Below are positions 13,590 to 27,416 of a DNA stretch of 64,000 nucleotides, piece by piece. Each line of letters opens with the position of its first letter. Positions within the stretch are counted from its first letter, which is position 1. The stretch is from the NCBI RefSeq assembly GCF_964194025.1, contig NC_134480.1, forward strand, positions 41,788,001 through 41,852,000. Direction: 5' to 3'. This DNA is from Convolutriloba macropyga. Its lineage: Eukaryota. The notes beneath the pieces are model-generated. The model was not told where the DNA came from and did no database searches. It worked only from the letters and a program-made list of their open reading frames with translations. The position numbers and the translations under genes were made by a program.

Positions 13590-13697
13590 GCGTTTGTGTG
13601 TCTGCGTGTTGGTGTGAGTGTGTGGTGTGTGTGTGTGTCAGTTGGTGTGTGTGTGCGTGTGTGGGTGTGGGAGCGTCTGTGTGTGCATGTGTGTGTA
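13590..13697. repeat. Imperfect (GT)n microsatellite (copy at 19317-19424; another near 31370-31510)
   Basis: Direct reading. Confidence 0.9.
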
Positions 13698-16123
13698 AGT
13701 TCTCAACGGTGGTACATATGACATTTAAACTATATTTCACGTGTTTTTGTTGCTCTTCTTGTGGTGTTTTCGCTTTTTCTTAATTATAACAGTTCTCATT
13801 GGGCTTATAGTTTCTCCAAATTTTGTCAACTTGTCCGTTTCATCTTCTAAGCATGACTTTCATTGACTCATGTACCCTTTAATTTTGAATGATTTTGGTC
13901 TTTTAAAAATTGTCTTCATTTGATTTTTTGTCCTTTTTGACCTGACGGAACTACAAAATGTTGTTTTATAGCTTCTAAAGCAATATGCCATGCTGCGATT
14001 AAAGGATTTTGTATGTAATTTGTTTTTCTGGATTTTTTCAAAAACTTTCATTATTTTCAAAAAGATGCAGGAAAATTGTTGGTTGTAAGGTCCTTAGTTA
14101 TTTCAATTCTTTGGATTGTAATTCAAGACTTGTCCTGATATGTTTTTTTCGAGGAATCAGATGACTGCGGGTTTTTAATAATATATGCATGGCTTTCCAT
14201 TGGATTTCTAAATAACGTGTAGAAATTCTTTCGTATACGAATTCATTTATAAAATATTTCAAGACCAAATTACGCAATTTACTTTAATTATTCAAGGAAA
14301 TATATTGACGTTTGCAAAAACAATTGTCCTCATCACTGTGGCTTTCATATATATAAGTGAAAATTTTTGTTTCAACTGTCACTAGTATATAAATTTGTCA
14401 AAAGCCAACTTGGGAAAATCTGGATGATTTTGTTTCATTATCTGCTGACAAGATGTGAATGTTCAAACATGAGGACCCCAAATCCAAGAATTGGTTCGAA
14501 AACGCAAGAGAGTACGTTCTCCTGAAAAGAATGCTGTAAAAATCACTCTGCTAGCAAGTTAATTTTTAAATTCATAGAGTGCTAAGTGAAAGTCGTGATT
14601 TGCACACGTATAGGGGTGACTATTGTTTTCACCAGAAAATTGATGTCTTGCATCTATCATTACTCTCATCTGTAAACAATGATGTGTTTTCAAATTTTTG
14701 CTTTGGCTTGATACGTTTCTATTTCTGATACGTTTCTATTTCTTTGAAAGTTCATAGTTGAAGAGGCTGATTGAAAAGTTTTTAAAGCTAATGCTCAGAC
14801 CGAAAGTGGTCATTTCAAGACCAATAACTGAAGCACAAAAGGCGTTCATGATGCATGAACGAACATCACGAGCCTTTTATGCTGTCAGATAAAACATTAA
14901 ACGTTTTTCCCAGAACCTTTAACATAACCGACTAACGTCGGGAGAATTGCTATCAAACGACCGGCGAGAGGTTGGCTTCGTCAGTAGCTAGCCACGGTTT
15001 AGTGAGGGTAGCTTTAGCCTAATTGAAGGGGCAAGATTTGAGCGCAGCGGGGGGAGGTCACCGGGCTGCTGATGGGGGGCAACAGTGGTGGGAGGGGGCA
15101 AGAGTGGGGAGGTGGGCTTCTATTTGATAGGTTTCCGCGGAAAATTTTTTCAACAGTAAGTGTTACATTTTTTCTGGCAAAAACTTTATCTGTTTCTTTT
15201 GCCCTATCCCCAGAAAAAGTAGTTTTCTTTGACCATGTGAAAAAAACTACAGAACTGCCTACCTGACGGCATGGTTGTACACGCTCTAATCAGCGCTCTA
15301 CGGAGTGATGTGAACAATTTTTTTCAGAAAAGAACGGCCAACCAAGAAAAGAAATTGTGGTCTAAAATTGCTAAACATAACCAACTAACGTCGGAAGAAT
15401 AGCTCTTGAACGGCTAGTGGGATCTCTAATTAATAGCAGCCTGATTCAATGGGCGGGGACATTTACTCGGGGGCTTTAAATAAACTCATCAGAGGTTAAT
15501 ATATACCATTATCAATATTTAACGTGAAAAAATGGCACCAGTTTTGGCGCATTTTTCATTTAACTTTTAGTGTTCAATTGGCACCAATTGAGGTCAGCTG
15601 CTTGAAATTGTGAATTAGAGAGAATTTTAGATCACAAAAAACGCAAGTTATGGGCTTAAAAGTTACTCGAAAAGTCAATAAAAAGGGGGGTAGATGATTA
15701 GGGGAGGTAGGTGGAGGGCAAGTAGTCGAGTGTCTGTAGTTTAGATATGTAAGGGTGGCCTATATAGGATCAAAAAATCTCAAAATGACCTCTTCACCTT
15801 GAATATTATCAGCAGTTCTTAAAAACTAAACATTACAAACTAAGTTACTGTTAAAATACAATGTTCGAAAACACAATTCAACAATGTCAACAATTCACAA
15901 TTCAACAATTCAACATTTCAGTAAAAACAGAGGTAAATGTTCGCAACGAAAGAAGTCAAAATTCAATTCCTGAACAAACTTGCTCTAGCTTAAAAAAAAC
16001 CTGTGGAATACCAATACTCTTCTTCGAATAGTAAAAAGACACACACGTTTACAATAATTGCTTCTGTTCGAGAGCAATTAACAATGATTTGTTTAGAATA
16101 CAGAGAAACATATCCAAACTAAC

Positions 16124-16289
16124 ATCTCTTGGGAAATCATGTAGTTCCATGTTTTCAAAGAATAGAGCCCTGACCCTCCAGTGTCTGACTACCCAAGTGA
16201 TGTTGATGAGGTCATCCACCTGAGTAGAGTACCACACACACTCCTTCTTGATATCTTCTACATTCTTCAACACCAGTCTAGGGTCGTAA
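16124..16289 (-). CDS. Cys-less pLGIC exon (duplicate copy in segment 1)
   Basis: Identical to 21851-22016 except one synonymous change (ACT/ACC), with the same splice sites. Confidence 0.75.
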
Positions 16290-19200
16290 CTTAACAAAAC
16301 TAATCTTACACACCTCACAGTCACAGTGAGACATGGATGCATACAGCAGATACTTCAATGGAGCTCAGGGATAACGACGCCACTTCCGATCATGGTCTCA
16401 GAATAATCAACTCTAATAACATTAGCTTTAACTTGTAATCACTAAGCACACAACTTTATGATGATTGCTCCGACCCACTTTAGTGGGGGAGGAACTATAT
16501 ACTCAACTGGTTTTATTTGTTCAGTCAATTTTCGCCGATCGATATATTCATCGTACAGGATTGTGAGTGGTAGAAAGCTTGTCAAGCGTAAAATTTCAAA
16601 ATAAAAATATTTCTTTCGAATTTTGCTTTCTCCAAGGAGTTACGGATGTTTAAAGATTCGTGAACGCTAGCCTAACTTCCGTTTTTTTTGTTCACATTTT
16701 TCGAAATTTTCGCTTAAATTTTAAGTCACTTTTGCAAAATATGATAGCGTTGTTAACGATAGTCTAATTGATTTTACATTTAAAGATTCTATGAACCATT
16801 TCTCATTTTCTATGAGAATTCTGTGAACCATTTGTTTTGGCAAAACTTTCAACTAAATTTTTAAAAATTAAGGGCTTTTTTTTCATAAAAAATTCATCAA
16901 ATATGCCAATTTGGCCCCCTTTGTCCAATTTGACCGATGGTGCAGACAAAAAAACTGCTGAAACAATAATCGTATTCTCAGAAATTGGCTAATTGTACCT
17001 CCAGCATAGTTTATTTTTTTGATAAGTTTAGATTTTCGTTCGCCAAAAAACCTTTAACGCCATGTTTATAATATATACGTTTTTAAAAGCCGCGCAGCGA
17101 TAGCAAGGCCGGTTTGGTTCTCATCGTTGAGAGTTGCATTGAAAAAAGATTTAGATTAAATTTTGGGCCTGTCTTTTTTGAAATTTTATGATAATTTCTA
17201 TCATCCCAATTACAAGAAAATATTTTTTAATTTATAGGTTCCATTAAAAAGGTTTTTTTGTTTTCCAATAAAATCCAATGAAGCAATATTCGTATTCAGG
17301 AGTAAAGTTCATGGTTTCTATGGCTCCAACAAATTGTTTTCGTAAATTGCTATTAATTTTAGATGATGTAATGCTTCTTTGGTTTTATAACTTGATACGC
17401 ATCCAAAATTCATCATTTATTTTGGATATACGGACTTTTTGGTGAAATTAGCTGTTTCGGTAACGATTGGAACATTTTTCGGTTTCAAAGGAGAACCAGC
17501 ACAAGTAAGAGCAGTTTTGGTCTAGTTCTGGAATTTTACGGTTCAAAAAAAAATTCGGATGATGATGAGGTGATGTATATATTTTAGAGAAATTTTTTTT
17601 TCAATTTTACGTGCAAAATGAGGTAACTGAACATTCACAACAATTTCATCAAAGACATAAGTTATTTTGTCGTCAACATCAATTGCATAAAAATGTTCGT
17701 GAAATTTTGAACTCTGTCTGTATTCAGTTTTAATGTGTGGTGTTTTAGTAGGACATAGTCTTACTAATCACATGTAAACAATGGCTGCATAAACAGTTCC
17801 AATTCAAACTATTTAACATTTTAAGTTGAAAATTTATGGTTGTAAGGGTTTACGGTTTTAAAAATATAAAGTTTTTTTAAATTCCCCCTTTTGATTTTAC
17901 TTCTGCAACCTTTTAGCGTAGCCTCATTAAAAAATGAGGTAGCATCTTTTCAATTGAATTAACATGTAGATTTATTTGCTGTTTCATTATTGTTTCTTGT
18001 GTTGAAATACGTGTTTTCAAAAATTTTAAAAATTTTTTCGTGACATTTTCCAATGTTTGGGGTTCTTTTTGCTGTCTTGTCCGACAACCATATTGATACC
18101 ACATTAATAAAGAGTAGCAAGTCACTTTAAAGAGGCGTTGACATAAGTTGCAATTTACTTATTTCATTTTTTTGTTGATAGGTTTTGATCTTATAGGCTT
18201 CGACACCGTTTCCTCGCAAAATTGAATTGAACTTTTGATTTTTGTTTGCGGTTGTTCTTTTTAGTCGTATGAGATTCTGGATAATGAGAGATCTCAAACG
18301 TTTTGTTCGATGATATAAATGAAGCCATTGCTTGAATTCATGTATTCTAGTTTTGCACATTTTGTTTTCTGTCTACTTGTTATTCTCATTAAAGACAGGT
18401 CCCGTATTTTTTCTTGTAAAATTCAATTAATTTTGGTCTTAAGTAAGGCTTGTAATTTTATTTAATTTTCTTGTTTGTCTTGTCTCTTACGCTCCCTAGT
18501 GGCAGTTATCATTGGCCCTCTAATAACTTATTGTTTGCGTTGTATAAAGGTCAGAGTTGAAGCGATTTTTTAAATGGATAAAACACTTATTTTCGAACGA
18601 TAAGTTGTTTTTTGAAAGTTTCTATCTCTTCCTCTTATGGTGGACAATTAAATCAAAAACGTGGTTGAGCGGGGTCAGAACATTATGCGCAAACACACCT
18701 TAACGAGCCTCCTTTTTTCTTTGACCTTTTAACTAGATAAAAAAGTATTTACTTCAAAAAGAAATTTATCGTGATGTGAGTGAGAATTGGCTGCAATAGG
18801 AAGGGGATAAAATGGTGTAGGAATGGTATGCAATGAAANNNNNNNNNNNNNNNNNNNNNNNNNNNNNNNNNNNNNNNNNNNNNNNNNNNNNNNNNNNNNN
18901 NNNNNNNNNNNNNNNNNNNNNNNNNNNNNNNNNNNNNNNNNNNNNNNNNNNNNNNNNNNNNNNNNNNNNNNNNNNNNNNNNNNNNNNNNNNNNNNNNNNN
19001 NNNNNNNNNNNNNNNNNNNNNNNNNNNNNNNNNNNNNNAAGAACTTAATAAAGGATACAGAAAAACATGCAAGAAGCTAAACATTCCCTTCCACTCAACA
19101 AAACGTTTTTCTGTCAAACATCTAGCTTAAGACGGAGTCCACCCAAAACCTGACAAGATCAATAAGCTGATGAAGGACATCTACAATGCTCTGAGATCAC

Positions 19201-21850
19201 TAGCCTAAAGTGTCCATTTGCGGAACCAACTGCTGTGTGGTCTCATGCTTAGCAGTCCCTCAAGGCTAATAAAGAGAGCCGTAACGAGCAGAGGAAGAGG
19301 AGGAAGAGGAGGATGAGCGTTTGTGTGTCTGCGTGTTGGTGTGAGTGTGTGGTGTGTGTGTGTGTCAGTTGGTGTGTGTGTGCGTGTGTGGGTGTGGGAG
19401 CGTCTGTGTGTGCATGTGTGTGTAAGTTCTCAACGGTGGTACATATGACATTTAAACTATATTTCACGTGTTTTTGTTGCTCTTCTTGTGGTGTTTTCGC
19501 TTTTTCTTAATTATAACAGTTCTCATTGGGCTTATAGTTTCTCCAAATTTTGTCAACTTGTCCGTTTCATCTTCTAAGCATGACTTTCATTGACTCATGT
19601 ACCCTTTAATTTTGAATGATTTTGGTCTTTTAAAAATTGTCTTCATTTGATTTTTTGTCCTTTTTGACCTAACGGAACTACAAAATGTTGTTTTATAGCT
19701 TCTAAAGCAATATGCCATGCTGCGATTAAAGGATTTTGTATGTAATTTGTTTTTCTGGATTTTTTCAAAAACTTTCATTATTTTCAAAAAGATGCAGGAA
19801 AATTGTTGGTTGTAAGGTCCTTAGTTATTTCAATTCTTTGGATTGTAATTCAAGACTTGTCCTGATATGTTTTTTTCGAGGAATCAGATGACTGCGGGTT
19901 TTTAATAATATATGCATGGCTTTCCATTGGATTTCTAAATAACGTGTAGAAATTCTTTCGTATACGAATTCATTTATAAAATATTTCAAGACCAAATTAC
20001 GCAATTTACTTTAATTATTCAAGGAAATATATTGACGTTTGCAAAAACAATTGTCCTCATCACTGTGGCTTTCATATATATAAGTGAAAATTTTTGTTTC
20101 AACTGTCACTAGTATATAAATTTGTCAAAAGCCAACTTGGGAAAATCTGGATGATTTTGTTTCATTATCTGCTGACAAGATGTGAATGTTCAAACATGAG
20201 GACCCCAAATCCAAGAATTGGTTCGAAAACGCAAGAGAGTACGTTCTCCTGAAAAGAATGCTGTAAAAATCACTCTGCTAGCAAGTTAATTTTTAAATTC
20301 ATAGAGTGCTAAGTGAAAGTCGTGATTTGCACACGTATAGGGGTGACTATTGTTTTCACCAGAAAATTGATGTCTTGCATCTATCATTACTCTCATCTGT
20401 AAACAATGATGTGTTTTCAAATTTTTGCTTTGGCTTGATACGTTTCTATTTCTGATACGTTTCTATTTCTTTGAAAGTTCATAGTTGAAGAGGCTGATTG
20501 AAAAGTTTTTAAAGCTAATGCTCAGACCGAAAGTGGTCATTTCAAGACCAATAACTGAAGCACAAAAGGCGTTCATGATGCATGAACGAACATCACGAGC
20601 CTTTTATGCTGTCAGATAAAACATTAAACGTTTTTCCCAGAACCTTTAACATAACCGACTAACGTCGGGAGAATTGCTATCAAACGACCGGCGAGAGGTT
20701 GGCTTCGTCAGTAGCTAGCCACGGTTTAGTGAGGGTAGCTTTAGCCTAATTGAAGGGGCAAGATTTGAGCGCAGCGGGGGGAGGTCACCGGGCTGCTGAT
20801 GGGGGGCAACAGTGGTGGGAGGGGGCAAGAGTGGGGAGGTGGGCTTCTATTTGATAGGTTTCCGCGGAAAATTTTTTCAACAGTAAGTGTTACATTTTTT
20901 CTGGCAAAAACTTTATCTGTTTCTTTTGCCCTATCCCCAGAAAAAGTAGTTTTCTTTGACCATGTGAAAAAAACTACAGAACTGCCTACCTGACGGCATG
21001 GTTGTACACGCTCTAATCAGCGCTCTACGGAGTGATGTGAACAATTTTTTTCAGAAAAGAACGGCCAACCAAGAAAAGAAATTGTGGTCTAAAATTGCTA
21101 AACATAACCAACTAACGTCGGAAGAATAGCTCTTGAACGGCTAGTGGGATCTCTAATTAATAGCAGCCTGATTCAATGGGCGGGGACATTTACTCGGGGG
21201 CTTTAAATAAACTCATCAGAGGTTAATATATACCATTATCAATATTTAACGTGAAAAAATGGCACCAGTTTTGGCGCATTTTTCATTTAACTTTTAGTGT
21301 TCAATTGGCACCAATTGAGGTCAGCTGCTTGAAATTGTGAATTAGAGAGAATTTTAGATCACAAAAAACGCAAGTTATGGGCTTAAAAGTTACTCGAAAA
21401 GTCAATAAAAAGGGGGGTAGATGATTAGGGGAGGTAGGTGGAGGGCAAGTAGTCGAGTGTCTGTAGTTTAGATATGTAAGGGTGGCCTATATAGGATCAA
21501 AAAATCTCAAAATGACCTCTTCACCTTGAATATTATCAGCAGTTCTTAAAAACTAAACATTACAAACTAAGTTACTGTTAAAATACAATGTTCGAAAACA
21601 CAATTCAACAATGTCAACAATTCACAATTCAACAATTCAACATTTCAGTAAAAACAGAGGTAAATGTTCGCAACGAAAGAAGTCAAAATTCAATTCCTGA
21701 ACAAACTTGCTCTAGCTTAAAAAAAACCTGTGGAATACCAATACTCTTCTTCGAATAGTAAAAAGACACACACGTTTACAATAATTGCTTCTGTTCGAGA
21801 GCAATTAACAATGATTTGTTTAGAATACAGAGAAACATATCCAAACTAAC

Positions 21851-22016
21851 ATCTCTTGGGAAATCATGTAGTTCCATGTTTTCAAAGAATAGAGCCCTGA
21901 CCCTCCAGTGTCTGACTACCCAAGTGATGTTGATGAGGTCATCCACCTGGGTAGAGTACCACACACACTCCTTCTTGATATCTTCTACATTCTTCAACAC
22001 CAGTCTAGGGTCGTAA
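21851..22016 (-). CDS. Cys-less pLGIC exon (copy in duplicated segment 2)
   Basis: taag|T TAC GAC...CCA AGA GAT|gttagt. Encodes YDPRLVLKN...FFENMELHDFPRD (Pro-loop). Confidence 0.85.
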
Positions 22017-25000
22017 CTTAACAAAACTAATCTTACACACCTCACAGTCACAGTGAGACATGGATGCATACAGCAGATACTTCAATGGAGCTCAGGGATA
22101 ACGACGCCACTTCCGATCATGGTCTCAGAATAATCAACTCTAATAACATTAGCTTTAACTTGTAATCACTAAGCACACAACTTTATGATGATTGCTCCGA
22201 CCCACTTTAGTGGGGGAGGAACTATATACTCAACTGGTTTTATTTGTTCAGTCAATTTTCGCCGATCGATATATTCATCGTACAGGATTGTGAGTGGTAG
22301 AAAGCTTGTCAAGCGTAAAATTTCAAAATAAAAATATTTCTTTCGAATTTTGCTTTCTCCAAGGAGTTACGGATGTTTAAAGATTCGTGAACGCTAGCCT
22401 AACTTCCGTTTTTTTTGTTCACATTTTTCGAAATTTTCGCTTAAATTTTAAGTCACTTTTGCAAAATATGATAGCGTTGTTAACGATAGTCTAATTGATT
22501 TTACATTTAAAGATTCTATGAACCATTTCTCATTTTCTATGAGAATTCTGTGAACCATTTGTTTTGGCAAAACTTTCAACTAAATTTTTAAAAATTAAGG
22601 GCTTTTTTTTCATAAAAAATTCATCAAATATGCCAATTTGGCCCCCTTTGTCCAATTTGACCGATGGTGCAGACAAAAAAACTGCTGAAACAATAATCGT
22701 ATTCTCAGAAATTGGCTAATTGTACCTCCAGCATAGTTTATTTTTTTGATAAGTTTAGATTTTCGTTCGCCAAAAAACCTTTAACGCCATGTTTATAATA
22801 TATACGTTTTTAAAAGCCGCGCAGCGATAGCAAGGCCGGTTTGGTTCTCATCGTTGAGAGTTGCATTGAAAAAAGATTTAGATTAAATTTTGGGCCTGTC
22901 TTTTTTGAAATTTTATGATAATTTCTATCATCCCAATTACAAGAAAATATTTTTTAATTTATAGGTTCCATTAAAAAGGTTTTTTTGTTTTCCAATAAAA
23001 TCCAATGAAGCAATATTCGTATTCAGGAGTAAAGTTCATGGTTTCTATGGCTCCAACAAATTGTTTTCGTAAATTGCTATTAATTTTAGATGATGTAATG
23101 CTTCTTTGGTTTTATAACTTGATACGCATCCAAAATTCATCATTTATTTTGGATATACGGACTTTTTGGTGAAATTAGCTGTTTCGGTAACGATTGGAAC
23201 ATTTTTCGGTTTCAAAGGAGAACCAGCACAAGTAAGAGCAGTTTTGGTCTAGTTCTGGAATTTTACGGTTCAAAAAAAAATTCGGATGATGATGAGGTGA
23301 TGTATATATTTTAGAGAAATTTTTTTTTCAATTTTACGTGCAAAATGAGGTAACTGAACATTCACAACAATTTCATCAAAGACATAAGTTATTTTGTCGT
23401 CAACATCAATTGCATAAAAATGTTCGTGAAATTTTGAACTCTGTCTGTATTCAGTTTTAATGTGTGGTGTTTTAGTAGGACATAGTCTTACTAATCACAT
23501 GTAAACAATGGCTGCATAAACAGTTCCAATTCAAACTATTTAACATTTTAAGTTGAAAATTTATTGTTGTAAGGGTTTACGGTTTTAAAAATATAAAGTT
23601 TTTTTTAAATTCCCCCTTTTGATTTTACTTCTGCAACCTTTTAGCGTAGCCTCATTAAAAAATGAGGTAGCATCTTTTCAATTGAATTAACATGTAGATT
23701 TATTTGCTGTTTCATTATTGTTTCTTGTGTTGAAATACGTGTTTTCAAAAATTTTAAAAATTTTTTCGTGACATTTTCCAATGTTTGGGGTTCTTTTTGC
23801 TGTCTTGTCCGACAACCATATTGATACCACATTAATAAAGAGTAGCAAGTCACTTTAAAGAGGCGTTGACATAAGTTGCAATTTACTTATTTCATTTTTT
23901 TGTTGATAGGTTTTGATCTTATAGGCTTCGACACCGTTTCCTCGCAAAATTGAATTGAACTTTTGATTTTTGTTTGCGGTTGTTCTTTTTAGTCGTATGA
24001 GATTCTGGATAATGAGAGATCTCAAACGTTTTGTTCGATGATATAAATGAAGCCATTGCTTGAATTCATGTATTCTAGTTTTGCACATTTTGTTTTCTGT
24101 CTACTTGTTATTCTCATTAAAGACAGGTCCCGTATTTTTTCTTGTAAAATTCAATTAATTTTGGTCTTAAGTAAGGCTTGTAATTTTATTTAATTTTCTT
24201 GTTTGTCTTGTCTCTTACGCTCCCTAGTGGCAGTTATCATTGGCCCTCTAATAACTTATTGTTTGCGTTGTATAAAGGTCAGAGTTGAAGCGATTTTTTA
24301 AATGGATAAAACACTTATTTTCGAACGATAAGTTGTTTTTTGAAAGTTTCTATCTCTTCCTCTTATGGTGGACAATTAAATCAAAAACGTGGTTGAGCGG
24401 GGTCAGAACATTATGCGCAAACACACCTTAACGAGCCTCCTTTTTTCTTTGACCTTTTAACTAGATAAAAAAGTATTTACTTCAAAAAGAAATTTATCGT
24501 GATGTGAGTGAGAATTGGCTGCAATAGGAAGGGGATAAAATGGTGTAGGAATGGTATGCAATGAAAGGAACTTTGGGCTAACTCTGTGATCCTAAAACGA
24601 CGACAGGTGTTTAAGCTGCCTAAGCGAAAACGCTGCAATTATTGCAGTCCTAATGACACATAATTTTGGATTAAAATATCAACCCTGGCAGCTGTAAATA
24701 CAAGTTAAAAGTTTTTGTTTTCAGCACAACAACATATATTACTCCGAAAAACGTTTGGAGCCTATTTTGAAAATTAACGCTTGAAGGTCATCAATGTTTT
24801 GCTCTTCGCAATGCCAATCATTTTTTTTCTCTCGTCTGGTTGCATTGAAAAGCTCATGAAAAACTAAATTGATTGTTGAAAAGGTTTTTAATTTTTTAAA
24901 AAATTTTTTATTTTTAATTTTGAGAAAAATTGAGGCTCAAAATATTTTTTAAAAATACGCATTTTTGACCTTTCACGCTTTCTATGTACAGATATTGAGC

Positions 25001-26150
25001 ATATTAATACAATTCTACTTAACGGATGTTTTCTGTAAAAATTGACATTATGACTTTGATAATCTGAAGCTTTTTACAAAAATGAGCATGTTTAGCAGTT
25101 TCTTCATTAGGGTGGAAACAAATTAGACAATTTTTTTTAAAAATGAAGCCAAAACTTGAGGAAGTCAGAACTACGAATCGTAACAAAAATTGAAAAAAGT
25201 TTGACGAGGTGCATATTTACTAGAAGCGTAACCATTTTTGATTACAGAATTCTGGAGCGGAATCTATGAACGAAATATAAATTTTCGAATTTTTTTTCCT
25301 TTTAGAGAGAAAACAAAGTTATCACTATGCCAAATATGAGCACCACTTGACAGGCTTAATGCCTTTTTGGCGTCCTTTCAGATACATTTAGATACAAAAA
25401 TTGTATTTACAGTATCTGAGAACAATTTATTATTATTATAAACCTAGCTGAGATTAACATCGAGGGTGGGGGATTTTTTAGAAGTACATTATATGGAAGT
25501 ACTAATAGAAGTACATTATTTATTATTTGAAGGCTTGGGGCATTATGAGCGACCGCAAGTTTTATATCCCACTGATTTCAGACTTAATTTTATATAATAT
25601 CGAAGTGAAATTCTCCGCTTTTTACCAATTTTTATTGTGTCAGTTCACCAATTTATGGGTTAGTCATATATACTGAAAAAGTAAGTTAGCACTCCTAGTT
25701 TTGCGAAGTAAAGAATCAATTTTTGGTGGAATTTTACTCCAACTAAAATTAAAATTTTGAGAGCAGTTTTTACACAATTGATCTTCTACACTAGCTTCCC
25801 GTATGCCTTTGGAATTTAAATAAAATGAGGGAGAGCCAAAGGCAAAGTTGATGAACTCTATCCAAATTTCACAATAAAAAGAAAGTTGTTACAAGATGCG
25901 ATATGTAACAATTTTTGTTTTACTGCGAAGCTTGGATGGAGTTCATCCAACTTTACCCTCGGCTTTCTCATTAAATTTCATAGGTAGACGAAACTTGAAT
26001 TTAGGTTGTAGTATGTTGTCTCAAAAATTGAATTTTTACTTTGTTAAAATATGTGGAGCTAACTTACTTTTTCCGTCGTTCAGTGCAGTTATACCAAATA
26101 TGACTGCTCATAAAATAGACCTGAGAAACAAAAAAATGCAGGATTTTTTT

Positions 26151-27211
26151 AACATAGCTGGCAGATTGCCAGAAAAAAGCCGCAATAGATTCAAAGATCG
26201 GCGGTCTAAAAAACAGTAAAAAAGACAGACCAAAAAAATTCGTCTTTTCATTGAAGGCTGATCTGTTATATTTTGATTAAAAATCTGTAAAAGTTATTGC
26301 TGCCTCTATTAGCTGATCTCAAATAACCTTCATTTAGAGTGACACACACCCATTTGACTTATCTCTTTGAATAAAAGTAAATAAAAGTCAATTTCAAAGT
26401 GAGGAAGTCATTTTTGAGAGTGAGGTAAGTCAAGTGTGATCAAAAATTTAATCACGCGCATGAACAAAAAAACTCGCTCCACTAAGAGCGAAAAATGACG
26501 TCACACATGCAATTCAGTTGAAATTGCATGAACGAATGAACAAAAAATGGCTGTGACGTCATAAGGTCGTAACAAAAATCATGACGACGAAATAAAAAAA
26601 CATAGCAGGACAAGTCCTGACGTACAATTCAAAGAATTTTCATTGACTAAACAGAAAATCTAGACCTAGAATGGGCTATGAGTGAATTTAGAAAACCATT
26701 TTAAAAAAATCAGAACAAAAAAATAAGAAAAAAACAGAAAATCAATATCAAAATGCCGCATGTGAGCAAAAAAAAACCCTAGCGAGAAATGAAATTTTAA
26801 TTTAAACAAAAAACTAGGCCTTGAATGAGCTGTGAATGGATTGGGAAAACCATTTAGAAAAAAATCCGATCCAAAAAATCGAAAAAACAGTAAAAATCAG
26901 AGTGAAATTGCCGCATGTGAACAAAAAACCACTACCGAGAAACCGAATTTTTGTTCAAACACAGTTTTCTCACTCTACTTTAAAATTAGAGCGATAAAAA
27001 TTCACGCCGCAAAACCACTCGCTTTTTCGCTCCACTTCCTGTTTCGGCGTGACCAAAATCACTACTCCAATTTGACTTCAAAAATCATGAAAATGTGTGA
27101 ACAGATCTTAAAAAAAAAAAAAGACAGCGCCCCAATACAATTCAAATTCTTTGAATTGTAAAAAACCAAGAGAAGGCCAATAATAGCCTCAGCTATCGCT
27201 GTGCGGCTATT
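26151..27211 (-). mobile_element. Helentron-associated non-autonomous element (HINE/DINE-1-like)
   Basis: One end is AACATAG-CTGGCA-GAT-TGCCAG (hairpin)-AAAAAAGCCGC. The other is AATAGCC...GCGGCTATT (subTIR plus inverted repeat). Flanks are T/A-rich, and the internal sequence is shared with 5320-6977. Confidence 0.7.
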
Positions 27212-27337
27212 AAAAAAAATACCAGATTAACTAACAACGCATACGTCAAATTTGTCATTGAACTTTGATTCGAAGGTTCACCTCTGTGCTTTGAATATAG
27301 ATATTTGTTAGTTTGTTATTTGTTTGTTACTACTCAC

Positions 27338-27416
27338 TCGCATCTGTCGTCTGATGCCCAGCTGGCCTCAATCAGCACCTCAGCCTCAAAACTCTGATTC
27401 TTAGTGTCTATGTCTC
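27338..27416 (-). CDS. Cys-less pentameric ligand-gated ion channel, most 5' exon found (extracellular domain)
   Basis: ttttttccag|...|gtgag boundaries. Encodes (x)DIDTKNQSFEAEVLIEASWASDDRC, matching the pLGIC beta1-beta2 pattern. Its phase-2 end fits the next exon. Confidence 0.85.

Larger units (their letters stand above)
13312..24566 (+). repeat. Near-identical tandem duplication: 13312-18838 and 19039-24566
   Basis: Offset 5727-5728 bp with only about five differences seen. The copies are separated by a 200-N gap. Confidence 0.97.

Noticed and set aside
13522-13783. His/Thr-rich and Cys/Val-rich ORFs (also 19249-19510)
   Set aside because: Translations of a GT/CA microsatellite.
17913-18360. 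Minus-strand ORF pair suggesting a decayed transposase or helicase (copy 23641-24088)
   Set aside because: No diagnostic motif recognised.
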